A DNA stretch of 64,000 nucleotides, taken from Squalus acanthias. Lineage: Eukaryota. The notes beneath the pieces are model-generated. The model was given only the letters and a program-made list of their open reading frames with translations, was not told the DNA's origin and searched no databases. Location of the stretch: positions 98,766,001-98,830,000 of the forward strand of contig CM059431.1 of NCBI GenBank assembly GCA_030390025.1, read 5' to 3'. This document shows positions 13,543 through 25,199 of the stretch, piece after piece; position 1 is the stretch's first letter, and each line of letters starts with the position of its first letter. The position numbers and the translations under genes are program-made.

Positions 13543-14725
13543 ATAAGAAATAGGAACTGGAGTAGGCCATTTGGCCCTTCAAGCCTGCTCCACCATTCAA
13601 TGACATCATGGCTGATCTTCTGCCTCAATTCCATTCACCGGCCCTATCGCCATATCCCATGATGCCCTTACTAGTCAGAAATCTATCGACTTCTGTTTTG
13701 AATATACCCAATGACTGAGCCTCCACAGCCCTCTGGGGTAGAGAATTCCAAAGATTCACCACCCTCTGTGTGAAGAAATTTCTTCTCATCTCAGTCCTGA
13801 ATGGCCTACCCTTTATCCTGAGGCTGTGGCCCCTGGTTCTAGACTCCCCAGCCAGGGGAAACATTCGCCCAGCATCCACCCTATCAAGCCCTGTAATAAT
13901 TTTGTATGCTTCAATGAGATCCCCTCTCATTCTTCTGAATTCAAGAGAATACAGGCCTAGTTTACTCAATCTCTTCTCATACGACAGTCCCGCCTTCCCA
14001 GAAATCAAGCTCGTGAACCTTCGTTGCACTCCCTCTATGGTAAGTATATCCTTCCTTAGGTAAGGAGACCAAAATTGTACACAGTAGTCCAGGTGTGTTC
14101 TCACCAAGGCCCTATATAATTGGAGTAAGACTTCTTTACTCCTGTACTCAAATCCTCTTGTAATGAAGGCCAGCATACCATTTGCCTTCCTAATGGCTTG
14201 CTGCACCTGCACATTCACTTTCAGTGACTCATGTACAAGGACACCTAGGTCCCTTTGAGCATCTGCATTCCCCAATCTTTCACCATTTAGGAAATACTCT
14301 GCCTTTCTGTTTTTTCTACCAAAGTGGATAACTTCACATTTATCCACATTATATTCCATCTGCCATGTTCTCGCCCACTCACTGAGCCTATCAAGATCCC
14401 CTTGAAGTCTCTTCACATCCTCTTCGCAACTGACACTGCCACCTAGCTTTGTGTCATCAGCAAATTTGGAAATGTTACATTTAATCCCCTCATCCAAATC
14501 ATTGATATAGATTGTGAATAGCTGGGGCCCAAGCACTGACCCTTGCGGTACCCCACTAGTCACAGCCTGCCATCCTGAAAAAGACCCGTTTATCCCTACT
14601 CTTTGTTTTCTGTCTGTTAACCAATTCTCAATCCATGCTAGTATATTACCCCCAATTCCATGTGCCCTAATTTTGTTCACCAACCTTTTGTGTGGGACCT
14701 TATCGAAGGCCTTCTGAAAATCCAG
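13543..14725 (-). mobile_element. CR1 LINE 3' fragment with uninterrupted RT
   Basis: LDFQKAFDKVPH, GVPQGSVLGP, FADD to stop without interruption; CR1 3' UTR. Confidence 0.95.
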
Positions 14726-14984
14726 TACCAGGTCCATTGGGGTTTCCAGCCTGCGGACCCGGCAGGATTTTGGAGTGCTCTTTTCTGATGCTCCCTTGCA
14801 GGTGTGTTGCACATTTAATCCCTCTGGGGCCAATTGCTGTTTGAGTATGGAATTGGGGGCCCACATATGGCAAGTATGCTGGCTTCATGCAGATATACTT
14901 TCCATCAGCCATAAGGGAGACGTAACTGGTGAGATTTCTGGGGGAACCCAGGACCCTGGGAGATACGCTTCCAAAAATAATGTT

Positions 14985-15182
14985 AGAAGTCGCACAACAC
15001 CAGGTTATAGTCCAACAGTTTTATTTGAAATCACAAGCTTTCGGAGCGCTGCTCCTTCGTCACCTGATGAAGGAGCAGCGCTCCGAAAGCTTGTGATTTC
15101 AAATAAAACTGTTGGACTATAAACTGGTATTGTGCGACTTCTCACATTTGTCCACCCCAGTCCAACACCGGCATCTCCACAT
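14985..15182. mobile_element. Minimal (~200 bp) palindromic Penelope-like insertion
   Basis: Near-perfect palindrome centred ~15062, made only of the hammerhead-AATAAA-terminus segment of the 22-24 kb element; TSD caaaaataatgtt / caaaaataaggtt. Confidence 0.88.
15060..15096 (+). ncRNA. Minimal type-I hammerhead ribozyme motif (PLE)
   Basis: UCAC-CUGAUGA-aGGAGC agc GCUCC-GAAAGCUU-GUGA; the minus-strand mirror is clipped at the palindrome centre. Confidence 0.78.
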
Positions 15183-15849
15183 CAAAAATAAGGTTGGGAT
15201 GGATGTAAGAAGCGCCCATGTACACCCCGACATTGCAACAAGTGAGGGGTGGAAATGGGTTCCATCCCAATTTACCTCCCTTCTGCTCAATGTCTACCAG
15301 ATTTCTGCCCCATTAACAGGCACAATTTTACTGCTTTTGTAACTACTTCATCTATTTAATTTTCTTTCAGTTAGTCTCTTATAATGAAAGGCAGGTGACC
15401 TTTATGAAGCCTTGTGCAGACCTCAGCTACTCCTGACATCCTTGCTACTTGGAAGGGAGAGCAAAGGATTGCAATCGGGTATGCATGGGGATATACAGAG
15501 TGTACACAAATTTTTTTGAGGCAATGCCCACTTTTTGGAAACTCTGAATGCACTTGCTTGTCCCAATCAGGCGCTATGAGAGATTGCATTTTGAACATGG
15601 TGGGGTGTTGGTGGTGGTGGGTTGGTTTGTTTCCTCTTAGTGTTCTTTTTTATTCGATCCTGGGATGTGGGCGTCGCTGGCAAGTCCAGCATTTATTGCC
15701 CATCCCTAATTGCCCTTGAGAAGGTGGTGGTGAGCTGCCTTCTTGAACCGCTGCAGTCCATGTAGTGAAGGTACTCCCATAGTGCTGTTAGGGAGGGAGT
15801 TCCAGGATTTTGACCCAGCGACGATGAAGGTCTGTAGCCTCTTCCCAGA

Positions 15850-16737
15850 ACTGTGAGGAGGATGCAAAGAGGCTTCAAGGGGATATAGGCAGGCTAAGTG
15901 AGTGGGCAAGAAGGTGGCAAATGGAATATAATGTGGAGAAATGTGAAGTTATCCACTTTGGTAGGAAAAATAGAAAAGCAGAGTATTTTTTAAATGGTGA
16001 GAGATTGGGAAATGTTGGTGTTCAGAGGGACCTGGGTGTCCTTGTACACGAATCACTGAAAGTTAACATGCAGGTACAGCAAGCAATTAGGAAAGCAAAT
16101 GGTATGTTGGCCTTTATTACAAGAGGATTTGAGTATAAGACATCTTACTGCAATTATATAGGGCCCTGGTGAGACCACACCTGGAGTATTGTGTACAGTT
16201 CTGGTCTCCTTACCTAAGGAAGGATATACTTGCCATAGAGGGAGTGCAACGAAGGTTCACCAGACTGATTCCTGGGATGGGGGGGATAGTCCTATGAGGA
16301 CAGATTGTGTAGACGAGGCCTATATTCTCTCGAGTTTAGAAGAATGAGAGGTGATCACATTGAAACATACAAAATTCTTACAGGGCTTGAGAGGGTAGAT
16401 GCAGGGAGGATGTTTCCCCTGGCTGGAGAGTCTAGAACCAGAGGTTACAGTCTCAGAATAAGGGGTCGGCCATTTAGGACTGAGATGAGGAGAAATTTCT
16501 TCACTCAGAGGGTGGTGAATCTTTGGAGTTCTCTGCCCCAGAGGGCTGTGGAGGCTCAGTCATTGAGCATATTCAAGACAGAGATCGATAGATTTTTGGA
16601 TATTAAGGGAATCAAGGGATATGGGGATAGTGCAGGAAAGTGGAGTTGAGGTCGAAGATCAGCCATGATCTTATTGACTGGCGGAGCAGGCTCGAGGGGC
16701 TGAATGGCCGACTCCTGCTCCTATTTCTCATGTTCTT
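15850..16737 (+). mobile_element. CR1 LINE 3' fragment
   Basis: ORFs 15921-16172 and 16305-16649, frameshifted; CR1 tail. Confidence 0.93.
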
Positions 16738-17448
16738 AATTAACACAAGCCATTTAGAATGTTGATTCGGTTGGTCCTGGGATGGGATACCAGAGAGGCC
16801 AGCCTTCAGATAGCAAACTTCTTGATTTTGCAGCCATCTTCGCTTTGAGACAATAAACATTGCCATTATAATAGAATGGTTTTCATTCATTATGCCCAAC
16901 AGTGGGCTTAACTGAACAGACATATGGATGTTGCAAGCTTCCACACCCAAGTGGGGGGTGCTTTTCATTCAAAGTGGTTACTTTGAATTGCAGCTCGGCA
17001 GACTAATCCTCAACACCCAGATATGAGAGAGGGGTCAGAGGACAGTCCTTGTTTTTCTCTCTCTACATTTGGAGAGGCAGTTTGAGATATCATAGGTATG
17101 GAGATATCTTTCTCTCTCTCATTCTCCAGTCAGTCATGGAGATTGAGAAACTCCAGGCCAAGGTACGAACGTGTACAGCCTGTAACAGAGGAAGTTTGGT
17201 GCTTTTGAATAATCAGGAAATTATGCTTTGCCTGTTGCAAGCTTGGCACACAGCCTTCTGCACTATCTTCAGACAAGGTCTTACGCCCCAGCTGGCCAGC
17301 AGTTTAGTGTCAATCTCACCACTATTGCGCAGCTATTCCTGTAGTTGATTCAGCACATTTCACGAGTTGAGATTTATCCTAAAATGTCAGTCACCTTTAC
17401 CTAAATCTGACTTAACCTACAGTAAAATAATCAAAACTAATGCACTAC

Positions 17449-17610
17449 CTGTGTACACTTCTCTTCTAGCTACATCCAGATGAGGAGGTAAACTGGTAAA
17501 CTGGTCCGCATGGCTCCGGCTGTAGGCTCGGCGACGCCTCCGAAGCCCAGGCTGACCCAATTCTGCGGAGATTGGATTGTGCAACGCTTCTTCAATCAAC
17601 AGGTCCGATT
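17449..17610 (-). CDS. GRAMD1C: GRAMD1C coding exon
   Basis: tttcag|ESDLLIEEALHNPISAELGQPGLRRRRRAYSRSHADQFTSLPPHLDVARREVYT|gtagtg; 162 nt, phase 1/1; ESDLLIEE and LRRRRR motifs. Confidence 0.95.
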
Positions 17611-18405
17611 CTGAAAAATGAGACACTCTATGAAGTTGAAGAAGTCTTTCTTCAAATTATATTTTCATCAATATAAAATGACAAATGACCCAAATGCAGT
17701 AATGGGGAATGTTTGTAGGATACCTGTTTGTTTAGAAGTGCATCATTTAACTTCTGTTTATACACAAGCAACAGACAGACTGAATGAGAAGCATTCTGGC
17801 AATAAACGACACGAGAGGTGCTGCCTGGGTAACATGTGCTTATGCCACAATAAGCAAGTTGAAGAGTGGATGGAATATGTGAGGGATTTCCTGGTGCCAG
17901 GCAAAATAGCTTTAAAGGGAAATCATTCCTGGCAAAGAGGGGAGGTTTCCTGCATTGAAGCTGATGACCAGAATCAGTCCCATTCTATTGGGAAGCGGCA
18001 ACAATCAACAACTCCGTTTTTATCTATACTCATTATTCGGACCTCTCTCCTGAAGGGGCTAGTTTATACTGAGTATGATGCCTCACTTGGATCAGGTACA
18101 GCTCTCCTGTATCTCATGCAGGTGGCCAATCTTCATATAGGAGCCTAGACAAAGTCAGTGAGGCAAGCCCATTTGTATCCTCACAGATGCACGTTCCAGC
18201 AGGAGTCAGTGCGTAACAATCAGTAATGGAACCCGGCCTGATTTCCCCTCGGAATGGCCTGTAGCCCCCAAGGCCATTGTGGCACTCCAACTACTGCCCT
18301 GTCTGAGATCGATTAATTCAGCACAGACTGGGGATTGAACCTGCACCTTCTGGTCTGCATGGCTAAGTACCACTAAGGCATTGGGGGAAGCCAATTACAC
18401 ACTTA

Positions 18406-18651
<246 letters not shown>

Positions 18652-19279
18652 TTACTGAAAAACAAAAGGCGTGTTTTTAAGGCATCAAATTATGTCTAAT
18701 CTATAAAAGTGAATCATTTGACAAGTTAGACTGATTTGAAGCTAAATCTAGTTAAAGAGAAAATATATCTTTACTCACACCCTCATTTTGGAGAGCGTTT
18801 AAAAGAGACAGGTTAACGGCGAGTCGTACAAACAGGTTAAGTGTTTTGTCCACTAACACCGCCAATGGTAATTTCTAGGCCCACTTGTTCCAAACACTGG
18901 AAGCCAGACATTACTGAAAACTTTCTGCATTCAGCATTAATCTGTATTGATCCGTGCTAATACTTCAGGGTAAATTTTCCAGGAGATTCAATTATTAGAG
19001 GGGTAGGCAGCCTTTTTGTAGCTGTGACTGTGAGTCCCGAAAGGTGTGTTGCCTCCCTGGTGCCAGGGTGAAGGACATAATGGAGTGGGTGGAAAAACTT
19101 TTGGAAAAGGAGGGAAAACAGTCCATGTAGGAACCAGTGACGTAGGAAATAGTATGGAGGTCTTGTGGAGGCAGTGTGAGGAGTTAGGGTCCAGGCTGGG
19201 GAGCAATAAGCAAAGTAGAAGTAAGGACACGCTCCATTGTGTCATGTGGTACTACCACCGTGTTAAATGGGATAGATTA

Positions 19280-19870
19280 AGAACAGAAAATGCTGGAAAT
19301 ACACAGCAGGTCAGGCAGCATCTGTGGAGAGAGAAACAGAGTTAACGTTTCAGGTCGATGACCCTTCGTCAGAACTGGAAAAAGCTGGAGATGGAACAGG
19401 TTTTTAAGCAAATGCAGGGGCAGGGAGATGGGGGAGGGGAGGAAAGAACAAAAGGGAAGGTCTGTGATAGGATGGAAGGCAGGAGAGATTAAGAGAGATT
19501 AAGAGATGGTGCAAGGCAAAAGGAGATGGTAATGGGACAAGTTAAGAAACAAAGGATGGCTCTAGATGAAGTGTAAATGGTACTGGCAGAATGAAAGACA
19601 GCTGCCATGTGGGAGAGAGAGAAAAATAAATAAATGCAAAAAAGGGGATGGGGCAGAGGTTTATGGTCTGAAATTGTTGAACTCTATGTTGAGTCCAGAA
19701 GGCTGTAAAGTGCCTAATCGAGAGATGAGGTGCTGTTCCTCGAGCTTATGTTGAGCTTCATTAGAATAGTGTAAGAGGCCGAGGACGGTGAGGTCTGAGT
19801 GGGAGTGGAGCGGAGAATTAAAGTGACAGGCGACCGGAAGCTCGGGGTCACCCTTACGGACTGAACGGAG
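19280..19870 (-). mobile_element. Second Penelope-like family, 3' fragment
   Basis: Minus strand encodes KLEEQHLISRLGTLQPSGLNIEFNNFRP* (GIY-YIG C-terminus), then a pyrimidine-rich tract and a hammerhead motif; related scraps at ~29437-29535 (+) and ~62445-62520 (-). Confidence 0.8.
19339..19377 (-). ncRNA. Minimal type-I hammerhead ribozyme motif (second PLE family)
   Basis: Minus strand AGUU-CUGACGA-aGGGUC auc GACCU-GAAA-CGUU-AACU. Confidence 0.78.
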
Positions 19871-20889
19871 ATTAAGAACAGATCTAGCAGCTCAAAACTG
19901 GACATCCATGAGGCGCTGTAGGCCATCAGCAGCAGCAGACTTGTATACCACCACAATCTGTAACCTCAAGGACCGGCATATTCCTCACTCCACCATATAC
20001 CATCAAGAAATGGCTGACTGCACTGGACACAGCAAAGGCTACAGGCCTCAACAATATCCTGGCTGTAGTGCTGAAGACTTATGCTTCAGAAGTGCAAGAT
20101 GAATCCTGAAAAGCTTGAAGATTGGTACCTCAAAGATCCTGCTTTCAAGCACTATTGTGGAGGCATTTGAGGCACTGAACATATCTAACAACCTTACTGA
20201 TTAATAATGACACTGGCTAAGCACATGAGCAATCATGATGCGGAGATGCCGGTGTTGGACTGGGGTGGACAAAAGTGAGAAGTCGCACAACACCAGGTTA
20301 TAGTCCAACAGTTTTATTTGAAATCACAAGCTTTCAGAGCTGCTGCCCCTTCGTCAGGTGAAGTGAAGGAATACGAATCAGCAAAGCATATATAGACAGA
20401 GAACAATGCCTGTGAAGCGTACAATGTCAGACGACTACATTTAATCCTCCTGACTGCCTTTCGTCACACCTCGGCAGAGAAACAGTCAGGTCAGCCAGGA
20501 AGGCACCACATCAAAGACATAGCAAGATACAACTGAGACAATGAGGTGGGGTCACAGGGGGTCTAATGTGTCAAATGCTGCAGTCTGTATGGAAAACCAT
20601 AAACTTTAAAATTTTTACTTTTTTTTACTGGAAATCACATCTGTGAACAAGCCAACGACGACTCGAGTCTGGATGACTCTACGTCATGTAGCGTGACATG
20701 AACCCCAGATCCCGGTTGAGGCTGTCCTCATGAGTACGGAACTTGGCTATCAGTTTCTGCTCGATGATTTTGCGTTGTCGTGTGTCTCGAAGGCCGCCTT
20801 GGAGAACGCTTACCCGCAACGGGACATTGTACGCTACACATGCATTGTTCTTTGTCTATATATGCTTTGCTGATTCGTATTCCTTCACT

Positions 20890-20927
20890 TCACCTGACGA
20901 AGGGGCAGCAGCTCCGAAAGCTTGTGA
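20890..20927 (+). ncRNA. Minimal type-I hammerhead ribozyme motif (PLE)
   Basis: UCAC-CUGACGA-aGGGGC agca GCUCC-GAAAGCUU-GUGA; mirror copy on the minus strand at 20324-20361. Confidence 0.78.
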
Positions 20928-20945
20928 TTTCAAATAAAACTGTTG

Positions 20946-21302
20946 GGGGGAAAAATTCAGTTGGTTGCGCCTCCCGTTAGCGCCTTAAGAGGGCGCTAAT
21001 GGGGCGCAAAGCATCTAGCGCCCAGGCGCGGCGAAGTTTGCGCCGCTCGCGAAATTAACTAGACATTTTGCGGCGGCGCTAAACACTACCGCCACGATCT
21101 CCTGCGCCGGCAGATCGTGACGTCAGTCGAGTGCGCAACGCCCCGGAGCGGATATTGAGTGGTGCCCCCTGCCTTACCGCCTGACGCTAGCAACGACAGG
21201 TTGAGGGGAGCGTTCTGCAGTCATGAAGGGAAAGGGGGAGCGCTATTTAAAGGTGACCGCTTCCTGCCTTTTATTGTTGGTGCCATTTTTGAACTACGCA
21301 TT

Positions 21303-21337
<35 letters not shown>

Positions 21338-21839
21338 CTGGAGAGATTCAATGTTGTGTGAAGGAATTTTGGGTACTGAGCAGCACTTTGCAGGTTCATT
21401 TTGATTTGCCATTCCTTGTATCGATTTAGAAGAGACTGTGGGGGCTGCACTCTGAGCTCTTTGCCTGGTACTCTCCATTGTTCTTTCCAGCAGATTTGAT
21501 GTGCAGGTCTCTCCAGGCCGAGATTCAAGGCTGCAATGAGCAGGATGTGGATGGAAAGCAAGATTAACCATCCCCTTTAAGAACTGGCCCGTGCCATTGT
21601 GTGTGTGTTCCATTGCTGACTGACATTACATGAGCTTCGCCAGCGCTCTGAGGTAGCGCCTCGCTCCTCGGCCTTTGCGCCTTAAGACAGGTGTGAAGCG
21701 CCTGATTTAGCGCTCCAATCACCTCCAGGGGCGATAAAAGTCAAGTTTGCAGTCGGTGGCGATAATTAGCGCCAGGTGCTAATCTTGGCGCCCGGCCGAT
21801 AATTGCGCCCCAAATGGGGCGATACTGAATTTCTCCCCC
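20946..21839. mobile_element. GC-rich MITE (Harbinger-like), copy 1
   Basis: TIR gggggaaaaattcagt / actgaatttctccccc; TTG duplication; splits the PLE sequence ctgttg|gactataa. Confidence 0.88.
21305..21334. repeat. (GA)n microsatellite
   Basis: Perfect GA run; another at ~9398-9432. Confidence 0.95.
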
Positions 21840-23020
21840 TTGGACTATAACCTGGTGTTGTGCGACTTCTCACTTATGATTTATCATGATCTTTCTCATC
21901 TTCCTGGTTAGTCGCCTTCTGGAGGTGGAGCAGGGAGTTCGCTTGGGTGTGTAACAAAGTTAAAATGGATAGATAGAGTTTTTAAAAATTGCAGTAATTC
22001 AGTTCTAAGATGGATTCCACTCACTTTGTAAACATCAAAATGGCTGTTCAAAACAACTCGTTTCACTTAATACATGTTAATCAAGATACGGAGATGCCAG
22101 TGTTGGACTGGGGTGGACAAAAATGAGAAGTCGCACAACACCAGGTTATAGTCCAACAGTTTTATTTGAAATCACAAGCTTTCGGAGCTGCTGCTCCTTC
22201 GTCAGGCGAAGTAAAGAAATACAGAATTGACAAAGCATATATAGATAGAGAACAATGCATGTGTAACTTACAATGGCAGACGACTATATTTAAATCATCC
22301 TGACTGTTTATCTGCCGAGGTGTGACAAAAGGCAATCAGGTCAGCCAGGAAGGTACCACATCAAAGACATAGCAAGATACAACTGAGACAATGAGGTGGA
22401 GTTACAGGGGGTCTAACGTGTCAAAAGCTGGAACACTACAGACAGCTACCCGCAGACCCGACCAAAGAACGATAAACTTTAAAATTTTTACTTTTTTACT
22501 GGGAATCACATCTGTGAACAAGCCAACGACGACTCGAGTCTGGATCACGTCATGTATCGTGACATAAACCCAAGATCCCGGTTGAGGCCGTCCTCATGAG
22601 TGCGGAACTTGGCTATCAGTTTCTGCTCGATGATTTTGCGTTGTCGTGTGTTTCTAAGGCCGCCTTGGAGAACGCTTACCAGCAGATCCGAGGCTGTATG
22701 TCCTTGACTGCTGAAGTGTTCCCCGACTGGGAGGGAACACTCCTGCCTGGTGATTGTTGCACGGTGTCCATTCATACGTTGTCTCAGTGTCTGCATGGTC
22801 TCGCCGATGTACCATGCCACGGTGCATTCTTTCCTGCAACGTATGAGGTAGACAACGTTGGCCGAGTCACATGAGTATGTACCATGTACCTGGTGGGTAG
22901 TGTCCTCACGTGTGATGATGGTATCTGTGTTGATGATCTGGCATGTCTTGCAGAGGTTGCCGTGGCAGGGCTGTGTGGTGTCGTGGTCGCTGTTATCCTG
23001 AAAGCTGGGTAATTTGCTGC

Positions 23021-24204
23021 GAACCAAATTCGCACCCCAATACGCCAACATCTTCATGCACAAGTTCGAGCAAGACTTCTTCGCTGCACAGGACCTCCAG
23101 CCAACGCTGTACACCAGATACATCGACGACATTTTCTTCCTTTGGACCCATGGCGAAGGATCACTGAAAAGACTACACGATAACATAAACAAGTTCCATC
23201 CCACCATCAAACTCACCATGGACTACTCCTCAGAATCGGTTTCATTCCTGGACACACGAGTCTCCATCAAAGACGGACACCTCAGCACTTCACTCTACCG
23301 CAAGCCCACGGACAACCTCACGATGCTCCACTTCTCCAGCTTCCACCCTAACCACGTTAAAGAAGCCATCCCCTATGCTCAAGCCCTGCGAATACACAGG
23401 ATCTGCTCAGACGAGGAGGAACGCAATGGACACCTACGGACGCTGAAAAACGCCCTCGTAAGAACGGGATATGACGCTCGACTCATCGATCGACAGTTCC
23501 GACGGGCTACAGCGAAAAATCGCATAGACCTCCTCAGAAGGCAAACACGGGACACAACCAACAGGGTACCCTACGTCGTCCAGTACTTCCCCGGAGCGGA
23601 GAAACTACGCCATGTTCTTCGCAGCCTTCAACATGTCATCGATGACGACGAACACCTCGCTAAGGCCATCCCCACGCCTCCACTACTTGCCTTCAAACAG
23701 CCGCCTAACCTCAGAAGTACCATCGTTCGCAGCAAATTACCCAGCTTTCAGGATAACAGCGACCACGACACCACACAACCCTGCCACGGCAACCTCTGCA
23801 AGACATGCCAGATCATCAACACAGATACCATCATCACACGTGAGGACACTACCCACCAGGTACATGGTACATACTCATGTGACTCGGCCAACGTTGTCTA
23901 CCTCATATGTTGCAGGAAAGAATGCACTGTGGCATGGTACATCGGCGAGACCATGCAGACACTGAGACAACGTATGAATGGACACCGCGCAACAATCACC
24001 AGGCAGGAGTGTTCCCTCCCAGTCGGGGAACACTTCAGCAGTCAAGGACATACAGCCTCGGATCTGCTGGTAAGCGTTCTCCAAGGCGGCCTTAGAAACA
24101 CACGACAACGCAAAATCATCGAGCAGAAACTGATAGCCAAGTTCCGCACTCATGAGGACGGCCTCAACCGGGATCTTGGGTTTATGTCACGATACATGAC
24201 GTGA
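23021..24204 (+). pseudogene. Penelope RT-GIY-YIG ORF, N-terminally truncated but uninterrupted
   Basis: ~394 open codons from the inversion junction to the stop; YIDD catalytic motif, CxxC linker motif, GIY-YIG endonuclease. Confidence 0.92.
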
Positions 24205-24539
24205 TCCAGACTCGAGTCGTCGTTGGCTTGTTCACAGATGTGATTCCCGGTAAAAAAGTAAAAATTTTAAAGTTTATCGTTCTTTGGTCGGGTCTGCGGG
24301 TAGCTGTCTGTAGTGTTCCAGCTTTTGACACGTTAGACCCCCTGTAACTCCACCTCATTGTCTCAGTTGTATCTTGCTATGTCTTTGATGTGGTACCTTC
24401 CTGGCTGACCTGATTGCCTTTTGTCACACCTCGGCAGATAAACAGTCAGGATGATTTAAATATAGTCGTCTGCCATTGTAAGTTACACATGCATTGTTCT
24501 CTATCTATATATGCTTTGTCGATTCTGTATTTCTTTACT

Positions 24540-24577
24540 TCGCCTGACGAAGGAGCAGCAGCTCCGAAAGCTTGTGA
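24540..24577 (+). ncRNA. Minimal type-I hammerhead ribozyme motif (PLE)
   Basis: UCGC-CUGACGA-a-GGAGC agca GCUCC-GAAA-GCUU-GUGA; mirror copy on the minus strand at 22172-22209. Confidence 0.8.
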
Positions 24578-25199
24578 TTTCAAATAAAACTGTTGGACTA
24601 TAACCTGGTGTTGTGCGACTTCTCATTTTTATGTTAATCAAGAATTAGTTAAGATAAAGGCTCTCTTTCATGGGGACACTGGCCGTGAACGTCCACAGGG
24701 TTCACCTGATCTACCGTAATATCGGCAGAAGATCAGCAGAAACCCTGAAAGAACAGCAGAAGCAGCCATTTTAAGCCAATTATGCCATTTCTTCAATGAT
24801 CCTGGCAATCTCCACAGGAATTCCAGGCGACTGTTTAAAATGCAAATGTATTAAGCAGCCTGTGGTTTTTTTAAACTTCAAAGGGATCCAAATACCTCAT
24901 GCTGAATTAACAATTCTCTGCTCTTGAAATAACAAGTTGGCCTCTGTATTGTGAAACTGTGTACATATAACACCTAACAATTGTGCGCCTGGAGTTTGAT
25001 TTATTGGAAACTTGTTAATAAATTAAGTCAGACATGGTGGAGCCTGATTTACAGGAAGTGTCTTAATGGATTGATGTCAGACCAGAATATGGTTTGCCAC
25101 TGGTACGGTAAACTAACCTCCATAAACGTAGTCTATTGTTTGATTTCACGCATTTGTTCTTGCATGTTAACTCATAAGTGAATTAACCTTGTGATCTTC

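Larger units (their letters stand above)
20237..21875. mobile_element. Inverted Penelope-like insertion, interrupted by a MITE
   Basis: Left arm 20237-20820 (minus; GIY-YIG C-terminus + 3' region); right arm 20823-20945 resumes at 21840-21875; imperfect TSD atgagcaatcatgat / atgatttatcatgat. Confidence 0.9.
22087..24630. mobile_element. Penelope-like retroelement, 5'-truncated, tail-out inverted structure
   Basis: + ORF 23014-24204 has RT C-terminal half (GTKFAPQYANIFM, RYIDDIF, FLD, YRKPTD) plus GIY-YIG (VVYLI..YIGET); 22119-23024 is the reverse complement of 23725-24630; TSD atgttaatcaaga at 22074-22086 and 24631-24643. Confidence 0.95.

Noticed and set aside
17618-18148. 176-aa plus-strand ORF
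   Set aside because: Intronic, antisense to GRAMD1C, no recognisable motif; likely chance
21221-21613. Similar 96-155 aa ORFs in the two MITE copies (also 32468-32987)
   Set aside because: The similarity follows from the repeat itself; the C-termini diverge at the microsatellite and there is no recognisable domain
22119-24630. Assembly fold-back artefact as the explanation for the long inverted repeat
   Set aside because: The arms differ at several sites, there is an exact 13-bp TSD, and the same architecture recurs three more times
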